From Archaeoglobaceae archaeon (GTDB lineage: Archaea > Halobacteriota > Archaeoglobi > Archaeoglobales > Archaeoglobaceae): DNA of 64,000 nt. A model generated the notes under the pieces. That model made no database searches. It saw nothing but the letters and a program-made list of their open reading frames with translations, and was not told the origin of the DNA. This document shows, piece by piece, positions 1-9,731 of this stretch (position 1 is its first letter; the number at the start of each line of letters is the position of its first letter). The DNA is taken from assembly GCA_015523335.1 (NCBI GenBank), contig WAKM01000012.1, forward strand, positions 1,714 through 65,713, given 5' to 3'. Made by a program: the position numbers and the translations under genes.

Positions 1-1
1 T

Positions 2-607
2 TGGTATGCGGTATGCATCCCCTTTTGGATGTTGGGAGTCAGAGAGATAAGAAGCAGAACCAAGGAAGATCCTAAATACCTACCGACCTTAGCGATGATC
101 GGAGCAGCGGTTTTCGTGATATCGGTTTGGCACATACCGGTTCCGGTAACGGGATCCTGCTCGCACCCCGTTGGAACACCTATGGCGGCGATAATTGTAG
201 GGCCTTTCGCAACGGTAGTGATATCGAGCATAGCACTGTTCTTCCAAGCATTTTTGGGGCACGGAGGAATAACGACGTTGGGAGCCAATACCTTCTCGAT
301 GGGTATCGTCGGAACATTTACGGGATATGCGACATACGTCCTTCTAAAGAACAGAGCACCCGTATGGCTTTCAGCCGGACTGGCTGGATTCGTGGGAGAT
401 ATGATGACCTACGTAACTTCAGCATTGGAGTTGGCTTTGGGACTTAATCCGCACTCCGTAATTTACCACTGGTGGCTCTACTTCTTGGGATACGGACCGA
501 CGCAGATACCTCTGGCTTTGGCTGAATTCGCCTTCACAGCCGGAGTCGTGAGCTATATTGCGGTAAACAGACCGGAACTTCTGAAGGTGGGTGTTGCACA
601 TGGATAG
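2..607 (+). CDS. cbiM: Cobalt ECF transporter S component CbiM (5'-truncated by window edge)
   Basis: Frame open from base 2 (WYAVCIPFWMLG...). Motifs IPVPVTGSCSHPVG, HGGITTLGAN and TQIPLALAE; heads the cbi cluster. Confidence 0.93.
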   Translation, partial: WYAVCIPFWMLGVREIRSRTKEDPKYLPTLAMIGAAVFVISVWHIPVPVTGSCSHPVGTPMAAIIVGPFATVVISSIALFFQAFLGHGGITTLGANTFSMGIVGTFTGYATYVLLKNRAPVWLSAGLAGFVGDMMTYVTSALELALGLNPHSVIYHWWLYFLGYGPTQIPLALAEFAFTAGVVSYIAVNRPELLKVGVAHG

Positions 608-878
608 GTTTACGGTGTATTCGATAGCCCTGCTCGTTTTGATCTCCTCAGCCATAATCGTCGCCAGCTACATAGGACATAAGAAAGGCGCGCTTGAAGG
701 AACTGACGACATAGTGGAGGACTTGGCGACATCTACAACGCATGTTCAGGCTAAGGAGATAGTCCCAGCGATTCCGGAAAAATTGGAACCTATTGGATTC
801 ACCTTAGCCGGCGTTTTTGGAGGTCTGCTTGTCGGATACTTCTGGGAAGACGTGTTCGGGGAGGGTGGAAGGGAATGA
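600..878 (+). CDS. cbiN: CbiN-like cobalt transport membrane protein
   Basis: Two TM segments around an EGTDD motif; lies between cbiM and cbiQ; ATG at 600 preferred over GTG 591. Confidence 0.7.
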   Translation: MDRFTVYSIALLVLISSAIIVASYIGHKKGALEGTDDIVEDLATSTTHVQAKEIVPAIPEKLEPIGFTLAGVFGGLLVGYFWEDVFGEGGRE

Positions 879-985
879 TAGACTGGCTCAGCGGTGATGC
901 TGTAAACGGATTGGGAACGACCATAGGCTTCTTCTTAGCTTTGATAGTGGGGAGGTATTTGAGGAAATGGAAATATTCAGCGTAG
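875..985 (+). CDS. 36-aa single-TM peptide (MIDWLSGDAVNGLGTTIGFFLALIVGRYLRKWKYSA), absent from the ORF track
   Basis: ATGA overlap with the cbiN stop, GAGGGTGG SD-like site upstream, fills the cbiN-cbiQ gap, hydrophobic core with basic tail. Confidence 0.65.
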   Translation: MIDWLSGDAVNGLGTTIGFFLALIVGRYLRKWKYSA

Positions 986-1704
986 CAACTAAAGAGAACG
1001 GATTGCAGAAGATTGACGGAAGAGTTAAGCTTATTTCAACGATAGCTTTACTGCTCGCAATAGTTTCGATGATAGAGCCGTATATACCTCTCATACTTTT
1101 TTTAATCAACCTTTCACTACTAATTGCTATAGGTGTTCCGATCAGAAAACTCCTTTACCCTCTATACGTATCCGTCGTTATCTTCATCGTATTGGCATTC
1201 ACGACACCGGGAAAATCTGTAGGCGTATTCACGGTTACAAGGGAAGGCTTGAAGCTCGCATTTCTCGTAATGGTTAAGGTCTTGGCTTGCACGAGCACTC
1301 TGTTATTGCTAATAGCGACAACGCCTATTCATGAAATGATCACAGCTTTGTGCTGGATCAGACTACCCAAAGTCGTCGTAGACCTGACGGTTCTAATGAT
1401 GAGATACGTTGATACGCTTGCGGAGGAACTTCAAACACTAACTTATGCGTTAAAAATGAAGAACGCCTTTTCAAAATTCGTAAGCTGGAAAAAGAAGGTT
1501 TACAACATGGGTATTGCCAGCGGAGCTCTCATAATCAAATCCATAGACAGGGCAAGCAGGGTTTACATGGCTATGGTTCTCAGGGGTTACGGAAGTTCCG
1601 GCATGATCAAACCCGAAAGGATTGAGCTTAAGAATTCGTTGATGATGCTTATTTCCGTAGCTTTTGGAATGGCTCTCATCTTCCTCGACAGGGTGATAGC
1701 ATGA
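967..1704 (+). CDS. cbiQ: Cobalt ECF transporter T component CbiQ
   Basis: IDGRVKL N-terminus, multi-TM, MMRY and RASRVYMAMVLRGY coupling-helix motifs. Confidence 0.92.
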   Translation: MEIFSVATKENGLQKIDGRVKLISTIALLLAIVSMIEPYIPLILFLINLSLLIAIGVPIRKLLYPLYVSVVIFIVLAFTTPGKSVGVFTVTREGLKLAFLVMVKVLACTSTLLLLIATTPIHEMITALCWIRLPKVVVDLTVLMMRYVDTLAEELQTLTYALKMKNAFSKFVSWKKKVYNMGIASGALIIKSIDRASRVYMAMVLRGYGSSGMIKPERIELKNSLMMLISVAFGMALIFLDRVIA

Positions 1705-2642
1705 TCGAAGTTAGCAATTTAACTTTCGAGTATCCCGACGGAACCTTGGCACTATCAAACGTTACCTTTAACGTGAAAAAGTGCGAAAAAGTGGCGATTT
1801 TGGGTGAAAACGGTAGCGGTAAGACGACGCTGTTCCTCTGCATGGTCGGACTGCTTCGCCCGCGGAGTGGAAGGGTGTTGATAAAAGGAATTGAGGTAAA
1901 CAGAAAAAACGAGGATAAGATCAGAAGGATCGTCGGCTTGGTCTTTCAAAATCCGGACGATCAGGTATTTCTGCCGAAGGTTTACGATGACGTGGCTTTC
2001 GGTCTAAGAAACATGGGTTTCGGTGAGGATGAGGTAAGAAAAAGGGTCATGCAAACTCTCAGGGTTTTGGGGATAGAGGATCTTGCGAACAAAAGCACGA
2101 GCAACCTGAGCTTAGGTCAGAAAAAGAGAGTTGCGATAGCGGGCGTTTTGGCAATGGATCCGGATGTTATATTAATAGATGAACCGACTGCCGGATTGGA
2201 TCATAAAGGGATACTCGAGATATACAACATACTCGAAGAGTTAAACGAGAACGGAAAGACCATAGTCATATCGACCCACGATGTGGAGTTCGTCGAGAGT
2301 TGGGCGGACAAGATAGTGATGCTTCACCGCGGCAGATGCGTTAGAGTCGGTGACAGAAGCTTGCTCGACGAGCTTGAAAGTTTCGGTATGAGGAAGCCGA
2401 TAAAGAGAACGATCATGTCCTTAGTCGATTTCGAATTATCGAATGCTGTCGTTGAAATAAGCAGAGACGGCCACTTCGGTTACGGCGTTGACGATGTAAT
2501 ACCCGAAATCGATATCGATCTAATACTTCTGAGGGGTCTGCACAAGCCGGTTAAAGTAAAGGTTTCCGAGAGACTTTACAACAGATTTCTGAGAATTTTG
2601 AGGGAAAGAGGTGCAGAGGTGGTAAAGAATGAAGGCGACTAA
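1701..2642 (+). CDS. cbiO: Cobalt ECF transporter ATPase CbiO with C-terminal extension
   Basis: GENGSGKT, FQNPDDQ, LSLGQKKR, IDEPTAGLD. Confidence 0.93.
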   Translation: MIEVSNLTFEYPDGTLALSNVTFNVKKCEKVAILGENGSGKTTLFLCMVGLLRPRSGRVLIKGIEVNRKNEDKIRRIVGLVFQNPDDQVFLPKVYDDVAFGLRNMGFGEDEVRKRVMQTLRVLGIEDLANKSTSNLSLGQKKRVAIAGVLAMDPDVILIDEPTAGLDHKGILEIYNILEELNENGKTIVISTHDVEFVESWADKIVMLHRGRCVRVGDRSLLDELESFGMRKPIKRTIMSLVDFELSNAVVEISRDGHFGYGVDDVIPEIDIDLILLRGLHKPVKVKVSERLYNRFLRILRERGAEVVKNEGD

Positions 2643-3114
2643 GGAGGAGATAATAGGAATTCTTTTTTCAAAGCTTAAACCGAGCATCGACGACGTGTTC
2701 GTCGATATAGGATGCGGCTCGTGCAGGGTTTCCAACTTCTTCGCGGATTACGTTAGAACCGTTTACGCGGTCGATATCGACGAATCCGTAATTGCAGAGG
2801 CTAAGGTTAAGCCGAACGTAAGGTTAATTCACGCTCACGGGCTGGAATTTCTGAGAAATTTCGATTACGACATCGTATTCTTCGGAGGGACTAAGGATAT
2901 CGAGGAGATGCTGAGAGTTGCAGGTGAAAAGGCGAGGAGATTAGCGGTCAACGCCGCGAGGATAGAGGTGGCATGCAACGTGATTAGGATCATGAAGGAG
3001 CTGAATATATTTAAGGAGGCGATCATAGTAAACGTTTCGAGAAGCTACGACTTAGCCGGATTTACAGCTTTTAAAAATTTAAATCCTGTATTTATAATAG
3101 TGGGTGGTAATTAA
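2629..3114 (+). CDS. cbiT: Cobalt-precorrin-6B C15-methyltransferase (decarboxylating)
   Basis: TKEEI N-terminus, DIGCGS SAM motif, FFGG, NPVFI; cluster context. Confidence 0.85.
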   Translation: MKATKEEIIGILFSKLKPSIDDVFVDIGCGSCRVSNFFADYVRTVYAVDIDESVIAEAKVKPNVRLIHAHGLEFLRNFDYDIVFFGGTKDIEEMLRVAGEKARRLAVNAARIEVACNVIRIMKELNIFKEAIIVNVSRSYDLAGFTAFKNLNPVFIIVGGN

Positions 3115-3713
3115 TGCTCTTCGGCGTAGGTTTGGGTCCAGGGGATCCCAAGCTTATAACCATTAAGGCTGTGGAAGTTCTTAAGGCTGTGGATGAGGTG
3201 ATAGTTCCGGGAAGACTTGCGGAATCCCTCGTTAAGCGAATAGTAAAACCCCGCGTTGTGGAGTTTCCGATGGGCAGGAGTAAAGAAATCACAATAAAGT
3301 TGGCGGAGGAGCTTGCGGATAGATGCGTTAAGGAGGACATAGCGTTCGCATGCTTGGGAGATCCGATGTTCTACTCCACCTTCCAGCACCTCGTCGAAGA
3401 GATTTCGAAGATAAATCCCGACATCGATGTGGAGATAATCCCCGGGATTCCGAGCTTTACGACCGTATTCTCAAGGATAAAGAGGTTCGTCGATACCCCG
3501 ATGCTCGTAACTACGCTTAAGGAAGATGACATCGGTTGCGTTGTCGTCTTAAAGGCTACGAAACCTAAGGAGATATGCGAACACCTTAAAAGGATGGAAA
3601 TGAAGGACATATATCTGGCGGAGAGGATGTTTATGGATGGAGAGAAGATAGAAAAGATGGGCGAACCTCCGGAAAGATCGGATTACTTCACGATCATCGT
3701 CGGAATGAGGTGA
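3114..3713 (+). CDS. cbiL: Cobalt-factor II C20-methyltransferase
   Basis: GVGLGPGDPKLIT, LGDPMFYSTF, IIPGIPS. Confidence 0.9.
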   Translation: MLFGVGLGPGDPKLITIKAVEVLKAVDEVIVPGRLAESLVKRIVKPRVVEFPMGRSKEITIKLAEELADRCVKEDIAFACLGDPMFYSTFQHLVEEISKINPDIDVEIIPGIPSFTTVFSRIKRFVDTPMLVTTLKEDDIGCVVVLKATKPKEICEHLKRMEMKDIYLAERMFMDGEKIEKMGEPPERSDYFTIIVGMR

Positions 3714-3714
3714 T

Positions 3715-4422
3715 ATGAAGGTCTACTTCATAGGCTTCGGTCCCGGAGATATGGAATTGCTGACAATCAAAGCCTATAAGATACTCAAGCGAGCCGATCT
3801 CATAATCTACCCCGGTTCCATTATAGATGAAGGATTTCTGAAGGAGTTCGGCGGGAAGAAGGTCAACAGCTACGGAATGAAGCTCGAGGAGATAATAGAA
3901 CTGATTGAAAGTAACGTTAAAGCGGGAAAAATCGTTGCTAGGATTGTAAGCGGGGATCCTTCGATATTCTCAGCCTTAAACGAACAGATAGTCGAGCTCG
4001 AAAAGAGGGGAATAGAATGCGAGGTGATTCCCGGAGTTAGTAGCGTCTTTTCGGCTTCCGCAGTCCTAAAGACGGAGCTTACCATTCCTTCCGTCTCCCA
4101 TGCGGTTGCAATACTTAGACCAGCGGGAAGAACGCTGGATAAGGATTACTTGGAGGAATTCGCGAAGATTCCGTGCACGCTTGTCATCTTGCTCGGAGTT
4201 GACAAGATCGAAGAGATAGCGGAGAGAGTAGGCAGGATAAGAGGCTTGGATGAACCGATTGCAGTAGTTTACCACGCATCGAGGGATGATGAGATCGTTA
4301 TAAGGGGAACTCTCAGAGATATAGCGGAGAAGGTTAAGAGGGCTGGAATAAGAAGAACCGCCGTTATAATAATCGGTAGGGTTTTGGAAAGAAGGGGAAG
4401 GAGGTCTGTCCTATACGCATAG
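3715..4422 (+). CDS. cbiF: Cobalt-precorrin-4 C11-methyltransferase
   Basis: VYFIGFGPGD, SGDPSIFS, IPGVSS, C-terminal RSVLY. Confidence 0.92.
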   Translation: MKVYFIGFGPGDMELLTIKAYKILKRADLIIYPGSIIDEGFLKEFGGKKVNSYGMKLEEIIELIESNVKAGKIVARIVSGDPSIFSALNEQIVELEKRGIECEVIPGVSSVFSASAVLKTELTIPSVSHAVAILRPAGRTLDKDYLEEFAKIPCTLVILLGVDKIEEIAERVGRIRGLDEPIAVVYHASRDDEIVIRGTLRDIAEKVKRAGIRRTAVIIIGRVLERRGRRSVLYA

Positions 4423-5108
4423 CGGTATTGGGGTTTGAAAAAGATCGTGAAAAACTTAAGAAGATTGCAGAGTTTCTTAACGCAGATATTGTGATCTATC
4501 GTCCAGGGATATTCGGCGAACTAATGAGCAAATTCGACTGCATAGTTGCCTATATGCCCACCGGCATAGTTGTAAGATCGATCTGTCCTTATTTAAGGAG
4601 CAAGTGGGTGGATCCGGCTGTAGTCGTTTTGGATAAACCCATGAGGTTTGCAATTTCATTAATCGGAGCGCATCACGGAGCAAATGCCATCGCCGAAAGG
4701 TTAAGAGCTTTGGGGATAACGCCAGTTATAACGACTTCGGCAGAGTTTTCGGATGGTCTATGCATAGGAATTGGTTGCAGGAGGGGAATAGGTTCGTATG
4801 AAATATTGAAAGCCATCAATTCGGCTTTAGATGAAATAGAAGCGGATCTGGATGACGTGAGACTGATCGCAACCGTAGAATTTAAGAGGAACGAGAAGGG
4901 ATTGATAGAAGCCGTTGATATGATTAAGAAGCCTCTAATGTTCGTTCCGGTTAGGGAGATAAATAGGATGGATGTTAAGGAGACGAGAGCGGTTATGGTA
5001 GGTGTAAAGAACGTTGCAGAAGCTTGTGCTTTATTTTATTCCAAAAAGAAGGAGTTAATTTTGCCTAAGAGGGTTTACGGAGGTGTAACGATTGCGATCG
5101 CGAGGTAG
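4413..5108 (+). CDS. cbiG: Cobalt-precorrin-5A hydrolase (probable ATA start at 4413; first near-canonical start TTG 4428)
   Basis: GIVVR, DPAVVVLD, GAHHGAN, VITTS, GIGCRRG, VAEACA, VTIAIA. Confidence 0.9.
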   Translation: MRIAVLGFEKDREKLKKIAEFLNADIVIYRPGIFGELMSKFDCIVAYMPTGIVVRSICPYLRSKWVDPAVVVLDKPMRFAISLIGAHHGANAIAERLRALGITPVITTSAEFSDGLCIGIGCRRGIGSYEILKAINSALDEIEADLDDVRLIATVEFKRNEKGLIEAVDMIKKPLMFVPVREINRMDVKETRAVMVGVKNVAEACALFYSKKKELILPKRVYGGVTIAIAR

Positions 5109-5841
5109 GCTCTATGTTGTTGGCATCGGACCGGGAAATTTGGAACTGCTGACGCTTAGGGCTAAGAGGGTTTTGGAGGAGTCGGAATTCGTTTTGGGTC
5201 ATAAGACGTACATCGATAGAATTCGAAGCATAGTTAAAGGAAAGATCATCGAAAGCGGAATGGGAGAGGAAGTTGAAAGGGTTAAAAAAGCTGTTAAGCT
5301 CGCCGAATCGCACATCGTCAGCCTCGTTAGCGGGGGAGATCCTTCCATATACGGCATGGCTTCGCTCGTAGCCGAATACGTTTATTCTTTAGGATTAAAC
5401 GTAGATTTTGAAGTCGTTCCCGGCGTTACAGCTCTGTGTTCGGCTTCCCCGCTTTTGGGATGTGCTGTAAGCGGTGATCACGCGGTTGTAAGCTTAAGCG
5501 ATCTGCTCACACCTTGGGAGGTCGTAGAGAAGAGACTTAGAAAAGCTCTGGAGGGGGATTTCGTCGTGGTGATATACAATCCGTCGAGCAGGAGGAGGGT
5601 TAACAAGCTTTTGAAGGCTATGGAGATCGTGCTTGAAGTTAGGGGTAACGTTCCGATCGGAGTCGTGAAGAATGCGAGCAGAAGTGGAGAGGAGATATTC
5701 ATCACTTATCCTAGGTATATAATAGAAAATCCGGATAAAATAGATATGCACACGATTTTGTTCGTCTCGAATTCCGAAACTGTAATTTTGGATGGGAAGA
5801 TGATTACGCCAAGGGGTTATTCGAGAAGATACAGGTGGTAG
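5092..5841 (+). CDS. cbiH: Cobalt-precorrin-3B C17-methyltransferase
   Basis: LYVVGIGPG, SGGDPSIYGMA, SLSDLLTPW, YNPSS, ITPRGY; TTG start behind GGAGGTG. Confidence 0.94.
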   Translation: MRSRGRLYVVGIGPGNLELLTLRAKRVLEESEFVLGHKTYIDRIRSIVKGKIIESGMGEEVERVKKAVKLAESHIVSLVSGGDPSIYGMASLVAEYVYSLGLNVDFEVVPGVTALCSASPLLGCAVSGDHAVVSLSDLLTPWEVVEKRLRKALEGDFVVVIYNPSSRRRVNKLLKAMEIVLEVRGNVPIGVVKNASRSGEEIFITYPRYIIENPDKIDMHTILFVSNSETVILDGKMITPRGYSRRYRW

Positions 5842-5842
5842 A

Positions 5843-6439
5843 ATGATGGGGGCTTATACGAACGATGCCAAAAGGATAGTTGAGGAGAGCTACAGAATAG
5901 TCGAGAGGTTCGTTAAAGGAAATACGCCGGAAGATTTCGTGTTGAAGAGATGCATAATCGCAACGGGAGACCCTTCGGTTAAGGACATAATAGTTTTCAA
6001 GAGAGATCCCGTTAAGGCTGGAATTAAAGCGATAAGGGATGGAAAAACCATAATCGCCGACGTTTCGATGGTTAAGGCTGGAATAAGAAGGGGTAATGTG
6101 GTGGTTGCGGTCGAGCATTCAAACGGTGCGAAAAAGCTTGGAATCACGAGAACCGCTATGGGTTTCTACAACCTAAGGGATAGAATCAGCGGGAGCGTTG
6201 TTGCGATAGGAAATGCCCCCTCAGCTGCTTTAGCTGTTTACGATTTATTTAAAAAAGGGTATAAGCCGGCATTAATCGTAGCCACTCCAGTAGGCTTTGT
6301 GAACGCTTCGGAATCCAAGGAGATGATAAGGAGCCTCGAAGTTCCGTCTATAACAACGATCGGCTCAAGGGGTGGAAGCACGCTGTGTGTTGCAATAATA
6401 AACAGCATAATAGACCTTGCCTATGAGAGATCCGATTGA
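5843..6439 (+). CDS. cbiC: Cobalt-precorrin-8 methylmutase
   Basis: ATGD, DVSMV, TRTA, IGNAPSA, PVGFVNASESK, RGGS. Confidence 0.94.
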   Translation: MMGAYTNDAKRIVEESYRIVERFVKGNTPEDFVLKRCIIATGDPSVKDIIVFKRDPVKAGIKAIRDGKTIIADVSMVKAGIRRGNVVVAVEHSNGAKKLGITRTAMGFYNLRDRISGSVVAIGNAPSAALAVYDLFKKGYKPALIVATPVGFVNASESKEMIRSLEVPSITTIGSRGGSTLCVAIINSIIDLAYERSD

Positions 6440-7331
6440 GCTTTTCGAGTATCCTAAGGAGTGGATAAGGATTAGGGGTAGAATTGAAGGAAAGAAAGAT
6501 GTAGCTGAGAAGATTAGAAGCGGGCTTTACATTTTAACGCCCGAGGGATGGCTTAGAAGGGGAATCACAACCGCAACGACGGCAAGTGCGGCTATATGCG
6601 GAGCTGTAGCATCTCTCTACGAAGATGTAAGCGAAGTTGAGGTTAGCACACCCGTAGGCTTAAAAGTTAGGGTTAGGGTAAGAGCGAAGGATGGACTTTG
6701 CACGGCGAAGAAGTTTGCCGGGGATCACGATTTCGACGTCACTAACGGGATAGAAATAGTTGCAGAAGCTTCCGAGAGCGGAGGGGGTGTAGAGTTCGGT
6801 GAGGGGATAGGAGTTAAGAACGGAAAAAAAGCCGTTAGCGCTTCCGCAAGAAAGCAGATTGAAGAAAATTTCAAAAGATATGCGGAGCTCTACGGATTCA
6901 AAGGAAAAGTTGTGGTGAGCGTTCCCGAGGGAAGGAATGTCGCTAAGAAGACGAAGAATTCGAATTTGGGTGTTGTGAGTGGGATATCTCTGCTGGGATC
7001 AACAGGTTTCGTTGAACCGTGGTGCGAGAAACTTGTTAGGGTAAAATCGATGATAGCGAGCGGATACGATAAAGTGGTAATAACGACGGGCAGGAGTGGA
7101 TGGAGGTGGGCTTTAGAGAATTTAAAAGGTTATCAGCCGTTCGTTTTTGGATTATACTTGGATAAAGCCCTTAGATCCGTTAAAGGTGAGGTGATAATTG
7201 TCGGACTTCCCGCTCTCCTAAGAAAATGGGTCGGCGGAACAAACGGCGACTTAAGAAAGGCGGTTCTTAAAAAAGCTATGCGGATAAATGAGAACGTCTC
7301 GGATGTAATTCTGTTGGGTGAAAAGAAATGA
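6423..7331 (+). CDS. cbiD: Cobalt-precorrin-5B C1-methyltransferase
   Basis: LRRGITTATTASAA, KFAGD..DVT, GISLLGSTGFVEPW. Confidence 0.92.
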   Translation: MRDPIELFEYPKEWIRIRGRIEGKKDVAEKIRSGLYILTPEGWLRRGITTATTASAAICGAVASLYEDVSEVEVSTPVGLKVRVRVRAKDGLCTAKKFAGDHDFDVTNGIEIVAEASESGGGVEFGEGIGVKNGKKAVSASARKQIEENFKRYAELYGFKGKVVVSVPEGRNVAKKTKNSNLGVVSGISLLGSTGFVEPWCEKLVRVKSMIASGYDKVVITTGRSGWRWALENLKGYQPFVFGLYLDKALRSVKGEVIIVGLPALLRKWVGGTNGDLRKAVLKKAMRINENVSDVILLGEKK

Positions 7332-7885
7332 TTACGATCGTTGGCGTTGGTGCTGCTGAAGGATATCTAACTGAAAGGGCAATTAAAGAGATAGAGAGTG
7401 CCGAAGTTGTTTATGGCAGTAGAAGAGCCATAGAAATCGCTAAAAAATACGTCAAAGGGAAGGCTGTTGTTATCGCAAAGTTCAACGAGGAGATTTATAG
7501 AAAAATAGCGGAGGAGGGAAAGAAGAGGAAGGTTGTAGTCCTCTCCACTGGAGATCCAATGGTTTCTGGACTTGGAAAGAGGATAGAAGGTGAAGTTGAG
7601 CCGGGAATATCTTCTGTTCAGCTTGCTCTCGCAAGGCTTAAGATCGATTTGACTGAAGTTGTTGTTATAGACGGGCATGCGAGGGAGTGCTTGGATGAGG
7701 TTCTGAAGGCTTTTGAAATTGGTAGAGACGCCCTAATTTTGGCAGATTCTAAGTTCGATATTAAGAAATTGAGGGAATTTGCAAATGTCGTAGTTTTGGA
7801 GAATTTAGGATACGAAAACGAGAGAATATGTGAGAATTGCGAAATAAAATCAGATCTCGCCATTTTATTCGCCAAAAGGAGGTGA
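7328..7885 (+). CDS. cbiE: Cobalt-precorrin-7 C5-methyltransferase
   Basis: [38 protein letters not shown]. Confidence 0.9.
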   Translation: MITIVGVGAAEGYLTERAIKEIESAEVVYGSRRAIEIAKKYVKGKAVVIAKFNEEIYRKIAEEGKKRKVVVLSTGDPMVSGLGKRIEGEVEPGISSVQLALARLKIDLTEVVVIDGHARECLDEVLKAFEIGRDALILADSKFDIKKLREFANVVVLENLGYENERICENCEIKSDLAILFAKRR

Positions 7886-7889
7886 TTTC

Positions 7890-8276
7890 GTGAGGGGGCT
7901 GGTTATAGTCGGACACGGGAGTAAGTTGCCGTATTATAGGGAAGTTATGGAGTTGCATAAGGAGAGGATTGAGAAGACGGGATTGTTCGATGAGGTAAAG
8001 CTTGCCTTCGCGGCGCACAACAGGAAGCCGACGGTGGATGATGTCATAAGGGAAATGAAGTCAGATGTGATCTACGTTGTTCCGTTGTTCATTGCTTACG
8101 GAGTCCATACAACTGAGGAGATTCCAGAAGCTTTGGGTTTCGAAGGAAGGACAGGAGTTATAGAAGGTGAATTCGAAGGTAAGAAGGTAATACTGTGCGA
8201 ACCAATAGGTAAGGACATCTTTGTCACGTATGCAATTCTAAATGCTGTGTTCAGATTTGAAGCATGCCAGCGTTAA
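7890..8276 (+). CDS. cbiX: Small sirohydrochlorin cobaltochelatase CbiX(S)
   Basis: VGHGS and [16 protein letters not shown]; 128-aa single-domain form. Confidence 0.93.
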   Translation: MRGLVIVGHGSKLPYYREVMELHKERIEKTGLFDEVKLAFAAHNRKPTVDDVIREMKSDVIYVVPLFIAYGVHTTEEIPEALGFEGRTGVIEGEFEGKKVILCEPIGKDIFVTYAILNAVFRFEACQR

Positions 8277-9676
8277 TGATAGCCGGAACATCAAGTCACG
8301 TTGGCAAGAGCGTAATAGTTGCGGCTATATGCAAAATACTGAGCAAAATGGGATACAACGTCGCACCTTTCAAAGCCCAGAATATGAGTTTAAATTCGTT
8401 CGTAACGAAAGATGGTAAGGAGATTGCAATCGCCCAGGCTTTTCAGGCTAAAGCATGTGGAGTGGAACCAAACGAGCTTATGAATCCAATTTTGCTCAAG
8501 CCAAAGGGAAACAAGATTTCACAGCTTGTAGTGCTCGGTGAAGCTGTAAAAGATGTTTCAGCATTGGAATACTATAAAGAAGTCGGATGGTTGCGGAAAA
8601 TTGTAGAGGAAGCTTACAGAGAGCTTGAGAAGGAGTTCGACATAATAGTGATTGAGGGAGCTGGAGGACTTGCTGAAATAAACCTATATGATAGAGATCT
8701 AGCAAACATAGGGATTGCAAGGATCGCTAAGCCATCTATTTTTATCGTGGGGGATATTGACAGAGGAGGAGTTTTTGCCTCTCTTTACGGCACATACAAG
8801 CTTCTGCCAGAAGATGTCGCTTCGATGGTTAAAGGTTTTATAATAAACAAGTTTCGAGGCGACGTGAGTTTGCTGAAAAGCGGAATTGATATGTTAGAAG
8901 CTCTAACTGGTGTTAAGGTTTTCGGAGTAATTCCGTTCGTCGATCTAACGTTTACACCCGAAGACTCCCTAAGCTTGGAAGAGTGGAGCGATGAGAACGC
9001 CAGAATAGGCATAGTAAGATTTCCGAGGATTTCGAATTTGACCGACTTCGAACACCTAAAGCCTGCAGGGATTAGGTTCGTTTGGAAGGGGGACGATCTA
9101 TCCGAGTTCGATGTAGTAATTCTACCGGGAACGAAGAACACGATTCTGGATTTGAAAGAGCTTAAGTCGGCTGGAATCGATGAGAAGATAAAAGGTGTAG
9201 CCGGGAAAATACCCGTAATAGGTATCTGCGGTGGCTATCAGATGTTGGGCAATAAGTTGATCGATAGGGGTGTGGAACACGGTTACATCAGAGCGAAGGG
9301 TTTGGGCTTGCTCGACGCCGTTACGGTTTTCGACGAGTTTAAGAAGAGAACTGTTCAGGTTATTAAAAAAGTCACCGGGGATGCAGTGATAATAGATAAG
9401 ATAAAAGGTCAGAGGGTTTGGGGTTACGAGATTCACAAGGGTAAGACCTTCGCAAGCAATCCGATTTTTGAAGACGAAGGATGTGCGAGCGAAGACGGAA
9501 TGACTTGGGGAACTTATCTGCACGGACTTTTCGGCAACGAAAACGTTTTAAGGGCTTTTGCGGGTTATTTGGGCGTTAAGATCGACAAAAGGGAGGAATG
9601 GATCGACGCATTCGCGGAGGTTTTTGAAAGGAGCGTGGATGTAAACGCAATCCTAAATCGAGCGTCTGCAGAGTAG
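8264..9676 (+). CDS. cbiP: Cobyric acid synthase CbiP/CobQ
   Basis: [53 protein letters not shown]. Confidence 0.96.
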   Translation: MPALMIAGTSSHVGKSVIVAAICKILSKMGYNVAPFKAQNMSLNSFVTKDGKEIAIAQAFQAKACGVEPNELMNPILLKPKGNKISQLVVLGEAVKDVSALEYYKEVGWLRKIVEEAYRELEKEFDIIVIEGAGGLAEINLYDRDLANIGIARIAKPSIFIVGDIDRGGVFASLYGTYKLLPEDVASMVKGFIINKFRGDVSLLKSGIDMLEALTGVKVFGVIPFVDLTFTPEDSLSLEEWSDENARIGIVRFPRISNLTDFEHLKPAGIRFVWKGDDLSEFDVVILPGTKNTILDLKELKSAGIDEKIKGVAGKIPVIGICGGYQMLGNKLIDRGVEHGYIRAKGLGLLDAVTVFDEFKKRTVQVIKKVTGDAVIIDKIKGQRVWGYEIHKGKTFASNPIFEDEGCASEDGMTWGTYLHGLFGNENVLRAFAGYLGVKIDKREEWIDAFAEVFERSVDVNAILNRASAE

Positions 9677-9710
9677 CGCAGTTAAGGTTCGCCAAAAAGT
9701 TCAAAATATT

Positions 9711-9725
9711 TTAGGTTAAACCTAA
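9711..9725. promoter_or_regulatory. Palindrome TTAGGT-TAA-ACCTAA, candidate operator
   Basis: Near-perfect 15-bp palindrome 6 nt before the ATG of the HTH-CBS gene. Confidence 0.55.
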
Positions 9726-9731
9726 CATACG

